A stretch of DNA of 64,000 nt. Source: the human T2T-CHM13v2.0 reference genome, Homo sapiens. The stretch lies in assembly GCF_009914755.1 (NCBI RefSeq), contig NC_060947.1. The stretch is one strand, 5' to 3'. Positions 15,094-30,170 of the stretch are shown piece after piece. The position numbers were made by a program, and so were the translations under genes. The first letter of the stretch is position 1. Every line of letters begins with the position of its first letter. The notes under the pieces are model-generated. The model was given only the letters and a program-made list of their open reading frames with translations. It was not told the origin of the DNA and made no database searches.

Positions 15094-16521
15094 AGAAACT
15101 GTCTCTTCTTAGTTGTTTAGCCCTGAATAAGTCACATAACTTTCTGGGCTTCAGTATTCTTATCTACAAAATAAGACATACAGTATCTACTTTAATAAGA
15201 AAATGAAGGGTCAAATCAAAGTGTGAGTATGTGAAAGATCTTTGTAAATTATGAAGTGGTTGTTATTATTATTATCCTTTTCCAGCCTCTAAAAACAGAG
15301 TCCCTATCCATTTCTCTAAATGTTGCTCTAAGTATTTCCTCCCCATCTCCCACCTTCCCACTCCATCTTTTCCATCTCCCCACTGTGTTCTTCTGCAATT
15401 TGACCCCTGTGTCCTGTAGCTAAATACTAGCTGTGTTTTCTTTGTTCCTCAGTTCTCTGAGAGCCCAGGGAGAGGAGGGGCCAGATCCTAGGTCATATAC
15501 ATTCAAGGAAGCAAGGCATGTTGAAATATTTACAGCACTTGGCAGGAGCTCACAAACCTCCCTACAAGTCAAGGACTGAGTTTTTTTAGTAGGAGTTGCT
15601 ACGGGTTGGGGGCAGATGGTGGGGTGGAGTTAGGGTGTCACTTCCTCCCGAGGGTCTCTCACAGAGCCTCTGTTCTCCTGCAGGTAACGAAGAATAAGGA
15701 AAGGGATATTTAGGGTCAGAAGGTCTGGGCTAGGGGACATCAAGCATAGAAGGAGCTTTGCTCCTTTGTATTCAGCTTTGGAGTGGGCCAGTTTCCTTGT
15801 GTTCTGAACAGGATAGCTCCAGAAAACAGAGGCCACAGGATTGTGGCCTTCACAAAGAAGGATTGCCAAAGCGGTTTTGATTAAGCATTTCAATGGCCAC
15901 TAAGGGAGTTTTCATTAAGACAAGCTAGTAGGCAAATCAGAACAAAAATGTTTTGCTTTTTTGTTGCAAACAACAAAACAAAATTCCTAAACCCTTCTTT
16001 AAGACTAAGATTTCAAATATACTAGGGCTCACCATATTGATTTTCAGTAATTTAAATGCCTTCTGATCTGGAAGGCATTTTGGAAATCACACAGTCTTAC
16101 TCCCTCTGGTTCCCATCTTAAGGTGAAAAACTGAGACCTGGAAAGATGTGACTTTAATCAGCATTGTGAGTAGATGCTTATAGTAGAGCTTGGTTTGTCA
16201 GAGGACTGGGGAATAAGCGGTAGGCTGCTGTCGCATTAGGTGTTCCCCAGCTCAATCACTGGCATTCTTCTCCCCTTTCTCTCTCCCTGAACTTTTCAAA
16301 GTCAATCCCCAGGCCCTACTTTGTGAAAAGAGATGGAGACAAAATTCAAAAGGTATGATGGTGAAAAGTCTCTTTCCCACTCCTATCTCCCAGCCACCCT
16401 GTTTCCCTCCCTAAAGGCCACCAGTGTTATCTGGTGTGTCCCTTCAGAGATACTCTGTATATGTACAAGCAATTGTGTGTGTGCACATGTGTGTGTGTAT
16501 ACCCTACCCTTAACACTTTCA

Positions 16522-17065
<544 letters not shown>

Positions 17066-18275
17066 TGCCCTACTTGTAAAGTACAAATTGTAGGCTACCA
17101 TCCACCTTATCCTCCACTTTGCTTTTCATACTTCGAACTATATCTTGGTACATTAAGTTCATAAAGTCTTCATTTTTTTTAAATGATTGCACCATATTCC
17201 ATTTTATGGCCATATCACAATCTATTTAATCAACACCTTACATTCATACTGCTACTAACCTTTGACTATGGGGCTTTAGTGTCAAACAGTGCTAGATTCA
17301 GATTACTTTCCACATGACTTGCCTTGACAAAGTTTTAAAACTTCTTGGAGTCTGAGTTTTCTCATACATAAAATAAGTATAATAATACCATCTGTTATTG
17401 CTGGTGTGGAGATTAAATGAGATGAGGCATGTAAAACATCTAGCATACAGCCTGGCACGTACTAAGTGTTCACTAAGTGTTTGTGCTCTCCCTGCTCACC
17501 AGCCCTCCCTATACCTTCCACCTCCAATTCAATTAATATTGGTTGAATTCAAGTCAATAGGTCTTTGACCTATGTTAGACTGGACCTTGGATGCACCAGA
17601 GAAGGAAAAGGGTCCCTCAAGAAGTGTATGATTCCCTTGAGAAGACATAACACACCAAACAACTACAGTTGTGCTAAGTAGTTAAAAAAAAAGTGTGTAT
17701 ATTACATTGAATGCAATTTTCATGTGGTGATGTAGAAAAAGAGAAATGATTGTGAGGGCAGGAGGAATCAAGGCCCTGATAGAATTGGAATTTGAAATAG
17801 GGTTTAGCTAAGTGGAGAATTGGGCAGTGGCAGAGTGGGGGCAGAGAAATGGACAGTTGGGCTGTTGCTTGGATTCTGGGTCTTTGCCCTCTGGCAGCCT
17901 AGTGAGTCACTGTTCCCCATTAGGCCTTACCCAGCAGGTGGGGTGGAGGGGCAGGAGGAGAGGAAAATACTGAGGACATTTGGGGAAAAGGACACGGGGA
18001 GGGGGAATGTTTGGGCACTGGGCCACAGAATGAGGTGCCTACAGATGGTTTGTGGCACAGCCTACTCAGCCCCCACCACCTGCTCTTCCATGTCAGCCAC
18101 CCAAGTGCATTTCTAAGAGGTCCAAGGAAAAGAAGAGCATAAGTAGCAGCAGCTCTCAACCCCTCACTCTGTGTCCCAAACAGGTCCTCAGATCCCATAA
18201 GCCCTAGGAGAGGGAAGAATATTGAATGATAAAAATTCCCTGTGTGTGTGGGCATTGTAGTTTACATCTTAGTTT

Positions 18276-18590
18276 GTTTTTTTTTTTTTTTTTGAGATGG
18301 AGTCTTGCTCTGTCGCCCAGGCTGGAGTGCAGTGGCGCGATCTCGGCTTCTCGGCTCACTGCAACCTCCGCCTCCCAGGTTCAAGCGATTCTCCTGCCCC
18401 AGCCTCCCAAGTAGCTGGGATTACAGGCACATGCCACCATGCCCAGCTAATTTTTGTATTTTTTTTTTTTTAGTAGAGACGGGGTTTCACCATGTTGGTC
18501 AGGCTGGTCTTGAACTCCTGACCTTGTGATCCGCCTGCCTCGGCCTCCCAAAGTACTGGAATTACAGGTGTGAGCCACTGCGCCCAGCCC
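18276..18590 (-). mobile_element. AluS (Sc/Sg-like)
   Basis: TSD TACATCTTAGTTT; small internal duplication tctcggct-tctcggct. Confidence 0.92.
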
Positions 18591-18874
18591 TACATCTTAG
18601 TTTACATTGACACTTGCAACAGAGGCAGTTATGAAATAAAATACCCAATTGAATTTCATCATGTGCCAATATTTTTGGTCACATCAAGTGCTATGTTGGG
18701 AGTTTCTGGAAAATGAAAAGTCAACGTGGTTTGTGTTACTTAGGGAAAAGGTCACTGCAGTGAAGGACTGTATAGAGATTCATATTCCCACTTTACAGTT
18801 GCAGAAAATGGACAGCATTTTCATTGAGGGCAAGTGAGTGCCCTGAGGTAATACATTTAATATTTAGCAGATTA

Positions 18875-19071
18875 AGCCCAGGAGTTTGAGGCTGCAGTGA
18901 GTTTTAATGATGCCACTGCAACCTAGCCTGGACAAAAGAGCAAGATCCCATCTCTTATATATATGTATATGCATATATATATATGCATATATATGTGTAT
19001 ATATATATGCATATATATGTATATATATGCATATATATATGTATATATATATATATATTTTTTTTTTTTTT
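18875..19071 (+). repeat. Alu 3' fragment followed by (TA)n/(TATG) microsatellite and a T-run
   Basis: agccccaggagtttgaggctgcagtga...cccatctc then tatatatgtatatgc... Confidence 0.8.
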
Positions 19072-19914
19072 AGTGGATCTGGGACTACAACTGAGGCCTC
19101 CCAATTCCATGTTCTATGGGGGAAGAAATGTAGAAGCTACCTGAAAGGTGGAATAAAAATTTTCCTAAACTTAGTAGCAGCTTAAAGTTTAAGTGTATGG
19201 GTAAGAAGCAGTATAGTATGATGAAACAAAGAACTGAGAGTCTAAAAGTTCAGGGGCTCATGAAAGGAAGGATCTGGACATAAATAATGCCTGCTGGCTG
19301 GGATCAAGAAAGAGCACTGGACTAAGAGTCAGGAGACCTGGGTTCTGGTTCTGGCTCTGTTACTGGCTGTCTTTCTGACCCTGCCAAGTCCCTTCCCCTT
19401 TCTCAACTTCAAATTTCTCCACTTATGCATTGAGAAAGTTGAACTTCCCAGAGACTTAGTGACACTTAGAACCAATGGTATCTGTAAACCAAGGAGGCTT
19501 TGGGAACTTCCTGACAAGGGGCTGAGGGTGATGGAGAGTGGTGAGGTTGTGAGTGGAAGAGAACTTCTCTGATGAAAATGGAAAACAGATCCTCTCAAAT
19601 TTGAGCAAAGGTGAGTTTTGGAAAGGGTATCTACCTCATAGTCTCTATCCTATATCCTTGGAGAATTCTATCCAAGAGAGGGGAAAAAGGAAGAGTGTGT
19701 ACGTGTGTGTGTGTGTGTGTGCGCATGCGTGCAAGTGAGCAAGAATTTCAATGCGAAGCTAATGTTTGGTGGGACAGATTGTAATATGCTGAGTCAATAT
19801 CTCTGGAAATCTCTTTAATAATCTCCACTTTAAGATCACTTTTCTAAGACGTTGGTTTTACTTTTAAAAAGGGGTTTGTGTCTTATGGGTAAGATACTAT
19901 TGAAAGTCCCCCTT

Positions 19915-20175
19915 TCATGGAGCCCACTTGAGTGAGCCACACTGTCTGGATTAATCCTGGCTCCACCATTCACTAGCTGTTTATTGTGGTAAGGCACTTA
20001 AACTCTCTGTGCCTCTATTTCCTCATTTGTAACAGGAAGATAGCAAGAGTACTTACCACGTAGGGTTGTTAAATGAGTTGATATCTATGTCTATATATGT
20101 ATCTCTAGCTAGCTAGCTTAGAACAGTGCCTGGCATATGCAAAGTACTATGTAAATGTTTCCTATTCTTATTATC
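19915..20175 (+). mobile_element. MIR
   Basis: aatcctggctccaccattcactagctgt...ctctctgtgcctctatttcctcatttgtaa...cttagaacagtgcctggcata. Confidence 0.75.
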
Positions 20176-22615
20176 TACTGAGTAGACTACAGCTCATGCA
20201 TCTATACAGCTGGGTTTCAGAGAGCAAATATGACCCCCAAGTGAGCCCAAAGGAGCTCAGTATTACCCAGTCAGAAATTTAGGGAGTTAGGGGTTTCTTA
20301 TCAAGGTACCTTCTAGGCTGTTCTGATGTTGGCCACACCTAGGACCAGATTAAGACCTTTAGAGGTTCTAAATACTGGTTTACTGATGGCCAAATTCTGA
20401 AATAATTAAATCTATGTTTTTCTCATTTGATGGTGGTCCTGCTTCACTGGTGCCCTAAGCTCATGCTCATCCATCTATTGGATAATCCTGTACTGGCCAC
20501 GCCAGCCTGTATGCTCCTCCCTATGCTCTGGAGGGAACCAATGACTAAGAGGGGTCTACACATTCACAAAGAACAGTTTTGAACCCAAGCTGCTCCATCC
20601 ACAGCGGGGTGCCCCGTGTCCCAGCTTCTGAGAGCTTAACCTGCCAAGCCTCGTGACCTCCTTGCCGGTTGGGACCTCCCATCCTGTTACTTGGAAGGAT
20701 GGTTTATCTTCTGGGGCCAGGGGAAGAGAAGGACAAATGCCTGGAAGTCCAAATAAGGCCCCCTGCAGGAAGCTCTAAACATTAGCAAGTTAAAGTTCTA
20801 GTGACAAGTTCAGATGACTGAGCATGGTCATGATACGGAAGAGGAATGTGTGAGGCTCTTTTGCCTCCACATGACGAGGAGATCAAGCTCCTTCCCTGAA
20901 CCCTAACTTGTTCAAGGACTTCAGTTCAGTGTTCCCGGAAAACTTGGAGTCACTATCAGTATCTTCATTACCCTACACATCTTGGCCAGGTTCTAACCAT
21001 CCAAATGGTGAACAGCACAGTTTTATGTTCCAAGAGCCAGTGTTTTTTGCCTTACCCTAGATATTTTGCCTATGGAAAAACTAGCCAAAAGCAAGGTTTC
21101 CTTAGATCTGGCCAAACAGCTGCAGGGACCTGGTGGCCTGGATAACGGAGGTCAGCAGGACTCCAGACAGGTTTATTTGCTGCCTTCCTCACAGAATATC
21201 TCAAACATGGAAAGCTCAGGTGAAACCGGTCAGACCAGATGTTGAGAAACTGCAGCTTTTAGGAAGAGAAGACAGATAGATCCACAGGCAGCAAGAAGAG
21301 AGAATAGGGAGGTAAAAAACCTATTGTTCCAGCTCCTAATCACAGGACCCCCACCCTCATCACACACCTATGGGCTCCAGCATATCACTTGCTCAAGAAG
21401 GCAATGGCTCATCTGTGTCCCATGAGTGGATCTGCTTATTATCTCCACGTAAGACCACCCAACCTAAAGGCTACTTTCCAGGCCATAGCTCAACAGAGAC
21501 TAACATTTGCCTTGAGGCTCTCTTTTTAAAAATGGAATCTGTTTTTAGCACTAAAGGAAAAGATAGCCTTGGAGTGGGAAGTCACAAAGAAGACCCCAAA
21601 GTTCAACTCTCCTTTGCCTCACTTTTCCACATGCTTTGTAGTATAGGGTAAGGCACAGGATCTTATAACAGACAGACCAGTGTTAGAGTCCTGGATTTGC
21701 CATTTACCTGATCTGCAATCTTGACCAAGTCTGAGCTTCACTCCCTATCTGTAAAAAAGGGGCAGTGGGAGCATCATAATCCCTACCTCACAGTCTTACG
21801 ATAAGGTTCAAATGAAAAGATGGATGTGAAAGCCCTTTGAAAACAGCTTTGCATTATCATCATGATTACCACATACATAAGTTTATCTATAGACTTGCAC
21901 ATGTGCTTATGCACGTATAGCCAGATTGATATACCACCCATGATGCACACGTGTATAAGCAACCACTTATATGTACAAAACTACACATACATCTGATCTT
22001 AAGCCTGAACTCATGACACAGACAATTAAAAGTGCATACACATACACATTTATCCACATGGATATACTTTCTCCTTCTCTCACACACGTACACCCACACA
22101 AGCAAATGTATATGTATCTCTGTAAGTGTGTGCATGCATATGTGTGTACATCTATAGCCTCATAGCTGTACAGGTGAGCATACCATACCCTTCAGTTTCT
22201 GCCTAGATAATCCAGTTTTCCGGGGGTCTGACAAAGGCCCTGTTTGTAAATTCCTCCACTTGATACTGATAATGTCCCTTTTGCCCTTGCTGAGGCTTCT
22301 TCTCTGTCTCCACCTTGTTTGCAGAGTAGCACAGCTGCTGCAAAAATTCAAGCTGCAGTATGTGACATACACATGTCTGGAGAACATGGATCCTTGTCCA
22401 GTTGCTCTTTGAATAGCACTACGACTCTAGCCTGCACAGCATATTTATAGCCATGTTTGCAAAGAGCTGACAGCATTTTCAGACTTTTTTCAAAACGTAG
22501 TTAATCCAGCCACAAAAATAGTCACTGGCCCATATGCCCCAAAGCTAAAAGAAATTGGGCAGCGTGCCTAATGAAAATTAGTCACAGAGCCTAAATGAAG
22601 TTGAAGTTGAATCAA

Positions 22616-22724
22616 ACTCTCTCTCTCCCTCTCATTCTCTCTCTCTCTCTGGCTTGCTCAACTCTTTCTTTCTTTCTTTCTTTCTTTCTTTTTCTTTCTT
22701 TCTTTCTTTCTTCCTTCCTTCCTT

Positions 22725-22756
<32 letters not shown>

Positions 22757-22830
22757 CTCTCTTTCTCTCTCCCTTCCTTCCTCCCTCCCTTCCTTCCTTC
22801 CTTCCTTTCTTCCTTTCTTTCTTTTTTTTT
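22616..22830. repeat. Polypyrimidine (TC/TTTC/TTCC)n tract, expanded tail of the adjacent Alu
   Basis: Direct reading. Confidence 0.9.
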
Positions 22831-23104
22831 TGAGACAGGGCCTCACTCTGTTGCCCAGGCTGGAGTGCAGAGGTGTGATCATGGTTCACTGCAGCCTTGA
22901 TCACCTGGGCTCAGGTGATTCTTCCACCTCAGCCTCCTTGTGTAGCTGGGACTACAGACATGCACCACCAGGCCCGGCTAATTTTTTTTTTTTTTTTTTG
23001 TAGAGATGAGGTCTCACTGGTCTCAAACTCTTAGGCTCAAGTGATCCTCCTGCCTCAACCTCCCAAAGTGTTGGGATTACAGGTGTCACCCACCACACCC
23101 AGCC
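22822..23104 (-). mobile_element. AluJ
   Basis: Diverged antisense Alu. Confidence 0.88.
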
Positions 23105-23680
23105 TCACTCTTGCGCTTTCTCTCTCTCTCTTTTCCCTTCCTGCCCTCTCTTTGCCACTGCTTTTTATTCTAAGGATCTCTAAGCCTAGGGTATGTGTGG
23201 TGGGGGAGTGGGGGGTGGTACCATGAAGTATATTTGCTTCAAAGAGGTCCTGGGGTCATTAGAGCCTAAGGTTTTGGAGAGACAGGGAGGAGGAAGAGGG
23301 AAAGAAGAGGGAAAAGTGAGGGTATTGAGGTTTATAAGCAAGAGGAACATAGTTGGGGAATTAAATGAGGTGAGACAAAAAGGAGAAAAGTTACACCCAC
23401 TTTGAGGCCAACTAGAATTTTGGTGGCTGGATAACTTCTCAAATCAAATGGCAGAGTCCTTCAGCCTCCCCTCAATCACTAGAATGTAGGCTAGAAAATT
23501 GTTTTGCTTATTTGCAAGGTTGGAACAAAAAAGAATTCCTAGTGATAGAGTTGAAGAGTTAAGCATGGTTAGAGGAGAGCAAGATGGTTTCTCAGGAAGA
23601 GAGAGGCCTGGGCTTTATGTAATGGGCTCATCTTAGGTGGCCCAGCCATGACCAGGGTGAGGAGGGTTTTAGAGAGGGAG

Positions 23681-23814
23681 TAGGGTTATCATATCATTTA
23701 TTGTCCAAATTGGGACACTTTTGAGGGTGAAAGAGAACTCTATTAACATTTTTGTTGGAACCACAGGCATAAACTAGAATTGTCCCAGGAAAACCAAGAT
23801 GTGTGTTCATTGTA
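23681..23814 (+). mobile_element. MER81 (hAT-Blackjack) MITE
   Basis: tagggttatcatatcatttattgtccaaattgggacacttttgagggtgaaag...tgtcccaggaaaacc resembles the recalled MER81 consensus. Confidence 0.7.
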
Positions 23815-24463
23815 AGTTTAGAACAAATCGCTCCAGCTTGCCGGGAAAGGGCAAACTATAAGGGCTCCTCACAAGATGTCTTTAAAAAAGGTGTGTATGT
23901 GTTCTGTTTTGTTTGTGTGTGTGTATGTGTGTGTGTGTTGGTTTGGGCAGTAGAGAGTAGGGCAGGGAGATTATTCAGCCTTTTCAGCCTTGGGACTGGA
24001 GATTGTTTACTCTGAATATAAATTCCTTTTTTTTTTTTTTTTTTTTTGCTGCTGTACATAAATATGTAATGGAGCTCTTAGCCAAGCGTGTTTATTTCCT
24101 GGTCAACTTCAGAAGAGAAGAGAGAGAGAGTCAATTGTGGTGTGTGGTTTTGTGTATTGTGTGTATGTGTTTGTGTCAAAGCTGTGGAAAGTATGTATGT
24201 GTGTGAGTGGAATTTTAAGTATATCCAACTGTGTGTAACTATGGGCATGCATGTAGGTGTGGATGTGTGTGGACGTGAACACGGATGTGGTAAGAATAAA
24301 TGAGGGTGTGTGTGTGTGTGTGTGTGCACGCGCATGCATGAGCATGGATAGGGTAGAGTCAGGTCTGACCTCTGGTTCACTGAGTTGTGAACTCCTTAAC
24401 TTTCAAGGAGCAATCACATAGACGACCACTTTATTTTACACGTGAGGAAAAAGGCATGTGTAA

Positions 24464-24862
<399 letters not shown>

Positions 24863-25263
24863 GAGACCTACACACTTTTACAATTTGCTTGGCAGTGATT
24901 GAGAGTATACTAGCAGCAGTCACAATAATCCTGATTGGGAACCAGCTGCTAATCCATGCATTGGAATAAAAGCCCAGTATTTATTTAAGGTTTCTGCAAA
25001 CAATGGGTGCTTGTCAAGGTGGGTTGAGGGAGCTGCCTAAGAGTAAGCTTGAGGTGTCTGTAGGCCTAGACTTGAGCAGAAGGAGATTTGACAAATGGCT
25101 GATCCACCAGACCTGTCTCCCTGAAGGACCATGTCCAACAGTGGAAACTTTCCAGGGCTTTGAATATGTTCAACTTCCCACCTCTCCAACCCCACCACCT
25201 AGAGATGTGGTTTGCCTTGGAGACAAACCTTGATCTCTATTAGAGATCCACTAGAGGCCTTCA

Positions 25264-25797
<534 letters not shown>

Positions 25798-26177
25798 TTA
25801 GTCTCATTAGCGTTGGCCGAGGAATTGGTCATGCAAGTTAGGGTAGCCCATTGCTAATGAAGCTAAAATCCAAAACCACTGTTCTTTTCTCATCTGAACA
25901 AATTCATCTTGCTTGAACCTCTGTTTGGGCTGTACCCATTTGTCTGACCAGTCACACAAAAGATGAGACAAAAGAGTGTGGGATGCTGCAGCATAGCTCT
26001 GAGAAAACAGTCCAGGTCTCATGTCCTAGTGATAAACCAGTTCAGGTTCAGCCAATATTTATTGAGCATTTACTATGTACCTAACATGATGTTAGACTTT
26101 TACAAGTATTAATTATTTCATTGAATCCTTACAATAGCCCTGTGAAGTAGGATTAGTCCCATTAAGACCCTCCAAGA

Positions 26178-26509
<332 letters not shown>

Positions 26510-27751
26510 CTAGGAGTGGGGAAGTGAGAATTCAGTCTTAACTCTGCTTGACAAAAAGAAATTATTGAGAACCTACTGCATGCTAGACATTATGCTAAAA
26601 TGTTTCCATGGGTTATCTCACTTAGGCCTCAAAATAGCTTTATGAGGGGATATTCCTCCCTTTTTTTTCACACATTAGAGTATTGAGGAACAGAAATGTT
26701 AAGTGACTCATCCAAGGTCAAGTGCTAGTATTCACAGTAGATCCAGGATTCAACTACAGACCTGTGACTCTCAAGCCGAGGGTCATCTCTTCCCTGCTCC
26801 TCTGTGGATATCTGATTCCATATCTAGATGATTCCTAAGGCCCCTTCCAGCTTTGACATTCCAGAGGTCAGCAACTCTATGGTAATCCTTCCCCATGAAC
26901 TCGAGCAGCCTCGGGTCCCTTGGCTGTAATCTGCCATTCTCTCCTCCCCACTAGGCTCTCTCCATGTGTGGTGCAGAAAAAGAGTGGGTGAGTGACCCCC
27001 AGTCAGCTCGGGCTGAGTTGGCCCGGGGCTCTGACTCAGCTGCCTCACTCCTGGCTCCAGGTCTCAGGTGAGGTACTTTCTGTAACAGTATCCAGAAGGT
27101 GCTCTGGGTTCTAGGCCTGGGCCCTGTAACTCTCCGCCTCCTGAGAAAAACAGGAAATATCTCTTTAAATTGGCAAATAAGAAATTCCTGCAAAATGGGC
27201 TCAGGGAAGCCACTCCATTCCTTGTGTGATTGTGCCTGTGTTTGTGTGCGTCCTTCTCTGAGTGCATGATACAGCTAGGAGGAGTTGCAGACAGAGGCTA
27301 ACCTTGATTCTGCATTGTCCACAGCCTTCCTGGGTGGGCTGAGATGAATATTTCCTTCCCTGCCCGCCCCATCATACCTTTTCCTCTTGGAAGCTGCTGA
27401 TGGATTTTCTATCCCCTTCTGCATCTTGAGCAGAAGAGGAAGGCAGTTTGGCTCACAGAGTAATATTATCCACAGTCTGGTACCAGGTGTGTATGTGTGT
27501 GCATGTGTGTCTGGGGGCAGGGGCAGGAGGAGGTGGTGGTATTAGGCTGGCTCCAGCAGAGCACTGCTCAGGGTCTGGAATAAGCTAAGTTGCTTGTGGA
27601 GGCAACATCTGAGGGAAAGGAGTTTCCCTGGGAGACCCCTGAGTAGCACTTAGAAAATTAATATGGGGAAGGGGCTGTGGTTCAGATACAAAAACCACTC
27701 ATTCTTCATCTTCTCTTATCCTCATGCTCTCTGTATTCCCTCTCCATACTG

Positions 27752-28049
27752 CCTCCCTCTTCAATCCTGGCTGTCCTGGCACCATATCCTGCCCCTGACT
27801 CCTCTACCCTTGTTATTTGTTACAGGGGAAGGAGCATGCCACAAGGAATCCGAAAGCTTGGGTTCTACCACTATCTGCAAATTTTACCAATATCTCCCTC
27901 CCTCTTCAATCCTGGCTGTCCTGGCACCATATTCTGCCCCTGACTCATTTACCCTTGTTATTTGTTACAGGGGAAGCAGCATGCCACAAGGAATCCGAAA
28001 GCTTGGGTTCTACCACTATCTGCAAATTTTACCACTATCTCCCTCCCTC
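27752..28049. repeat. 145-bp tandem duplication (2 copies)
   Basis: Copies start at 27752 and 27897, 5 substitutions between them, CCTCCCTC at all three junctions. Confidence 0.95.
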
Positions 28050-29093
28050 CCTGACTTTGGGAAAGGTGCTTTACTGCCCTGAACCTCAGTTCCCTCATTT
28101 GTAAAGACCAGCCTGTTTTTTAAAGTTTGACACAGGGTTAAATGGGAAAAATATATGGAAAAAACATCTAGGAGATTTCTGTTGCTTGTTTTGAAGATCA
28201 AATGAGAGAATGACCTGGAAATACTTGGCGAGCCCTAAAGTACTGTTCAAAAAGGAGGAGTTGTTATTGTTAATATTCCCTGCTGCCTGACTGCCCTTCC
28301 ATATACACAATAATGCAAATTTGCCCAGCCTAGCTTATATCCTGTCCACCTCCACTGTTTGCTGTAAAGACGAGGTGATCATCTGCTTCTGTAATGTCTA
28401 TGTCCATGACAGGGAATCACACAGGATTCTCACAGGGTCCTCTTTCCTCTTCCATGGACAAATGTAGCTGGGCTTTTCTGCACAGAAAGACCTTGTCATC
28501 ACACCCACAGGAGCGGTGACAACCTCAAATCAATGCAAACCATAAGAGAGATCTATTTGGGAAGTTGCAGCTTGTCTCTGGATATTATTATTAGCCCATT
28601 ATTGCAGATAAGGAAATTGAGACGCAGAGAAGTGAAGTAAAGGGCACATAAATAATAAGTGGCAAGTTCTAAGTTGCGTGTGTGTGTGTGTGCTTGCACA
28701 TGTGTGCATGCATTGAGGTGGGTAGGAAGTTTTTCTGGAAGCATATGAGAGGCAAGGGATCTGGATTCGCTATTAAGATAACCATCAGTCTCCACGAATC
28801 AAATAAAACCAGGCAGCAAGCCTAATAAAAATTAAGCAATGGATCAAAAAGATACTGACTGTGCACTACCTTTCTGCCTCCTTCTCTATTCGGCTTGTGT
28901 TCCTGCAAGAAGACTTATTTCATTTCACTATATATAGCACATTTTGCTAGATGCTATGATAGGAGAGGGTCAAGGGGAGATAGAGAACGATGTCTCATGT
29001 CTGTATGTCTTATGTCTGTATGAGCAGACATACATACACTCATGCCATACTTGAATCAAGGTAGACCATGACAGATCTACCTTGATTATAAAC

Positions 29094-29190
29094 CACTATA
29101 TCTCTCCTTATGAAGCATTATACTCAATTGTTAGCTCTTACTGTTAGAGCTAACAATTGAGTATAATGCTTCATAAGGAGAGACATAGTG
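29094..29190. repeat. Near-perfect inverted repeat, 45-bp arms, 7-nt spacer
   Basis: cactatatctctccttatgaagcattatactcaattgttagctct / tactgtt / agagctaacaattgagtataatgcttcataaggagagacatagtg; 44/45 complementary. Confidence 0.95.
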
Positions 29191-29852
29191 ATTCTAGCAC
29201 CTAACACAATGCACTATACATAGTCAGTGCTTGATAACTTTGTATTGAAATGAAATGAGGGCCAGGAGTGGGAGAACATGAGCTTGTTTTGGGGAAGGCA
29301 TTGTGGGCAAGAGGGGCCAAGTGGTTCATGCCTCTCACTCCAGGCATGCTGGGCAAAGCCAGGATCCACTGCTGACTTCTCAGGCCTTATTTGCAAGGCT
29401 GCTTTAAAGGTGCTTTGTGTTTGGGTTTGTTTTCTGACATCATTGTTCTTAGCAACCAAGGTCAGATTTTTAGCTTTTCCTTTGACTGCTAACCATGCCC
29501 CTCTGCCTAAGAAATCCCACAGGAAGCCTCCAAGCTTCACTTTGCCTCTAGACACCTGGCAAATGACTCTCCCACTTCCTTGCCCTGTCCACAGACTCTG
29601 ATGCTAGTTGCGGGTGCCAAGATTTTTTTGCCCCCTCCTCTTCCCCTGGGACCAATCAGATTTCTGAGCTCCAGGGTAGAGCCACACTCTCACTGATCCT
29701 CTGTCCAAGTCTAGAATTCCCAAAGCATGGTCTGCCTCATCTGTGCTCCAGGTGCAACTGGGCAGGATAAATTTCTCACACATTGGTCCTGTCCTTCCCT
29801 GGGAAGCCTGGCTTTCCCACTCCCACTTACCTAAGTCAATTCTCTGCTTTAA

Positions 29853-30170
29853 GGCTGGGCGCGGTTGCTCACATGTGTAATCCTAGGACTTTGGGAAGCT
29901 GAGGGTTGAGCCCAGTAGTTTGAGACCAGCCTGGGCAACATGGCGAAACCCCATCTCTGCAAAAAAATACAAAAATTAGCCAGGTGTGGTGGCACACGCC
30001 TGTAGTTCCACCTACTTAGGAGGCTGAGGTGGAAAGATCTCTTGAGCTGGGAGATTGAGGCTGCAGTGAGCCATGATCATACCACTGCACTCTAGCCTGG
30101 GTGACAGAGTAAGACCCTGTTTCAAAACAAACAAACAAACAAACAAACAAAACAACCAAACAAACAAACC
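29853..30170 (+). mobile_element. AluJ with (AAAC)n tail
   Basis: Flanked by TSD aattctctgcttta. Confidence 0.88.

Noticed and set aside
22595-22904. Lys/Glu/Arg-rich and Phe/Leu/Ser-rich ORFs
   Set aside because: Translations of a TC-rich microsatellite; the same applies to the YI-repeat ORFs at 18.9 kb and 42.7 kb
27752-28049. Repeat that might suggest a CRISPR-like or coding repeat array
   Set aside because: Only two contiguous copies, no spacers, eukaryotic intron; period 145 is not a multiple of 3
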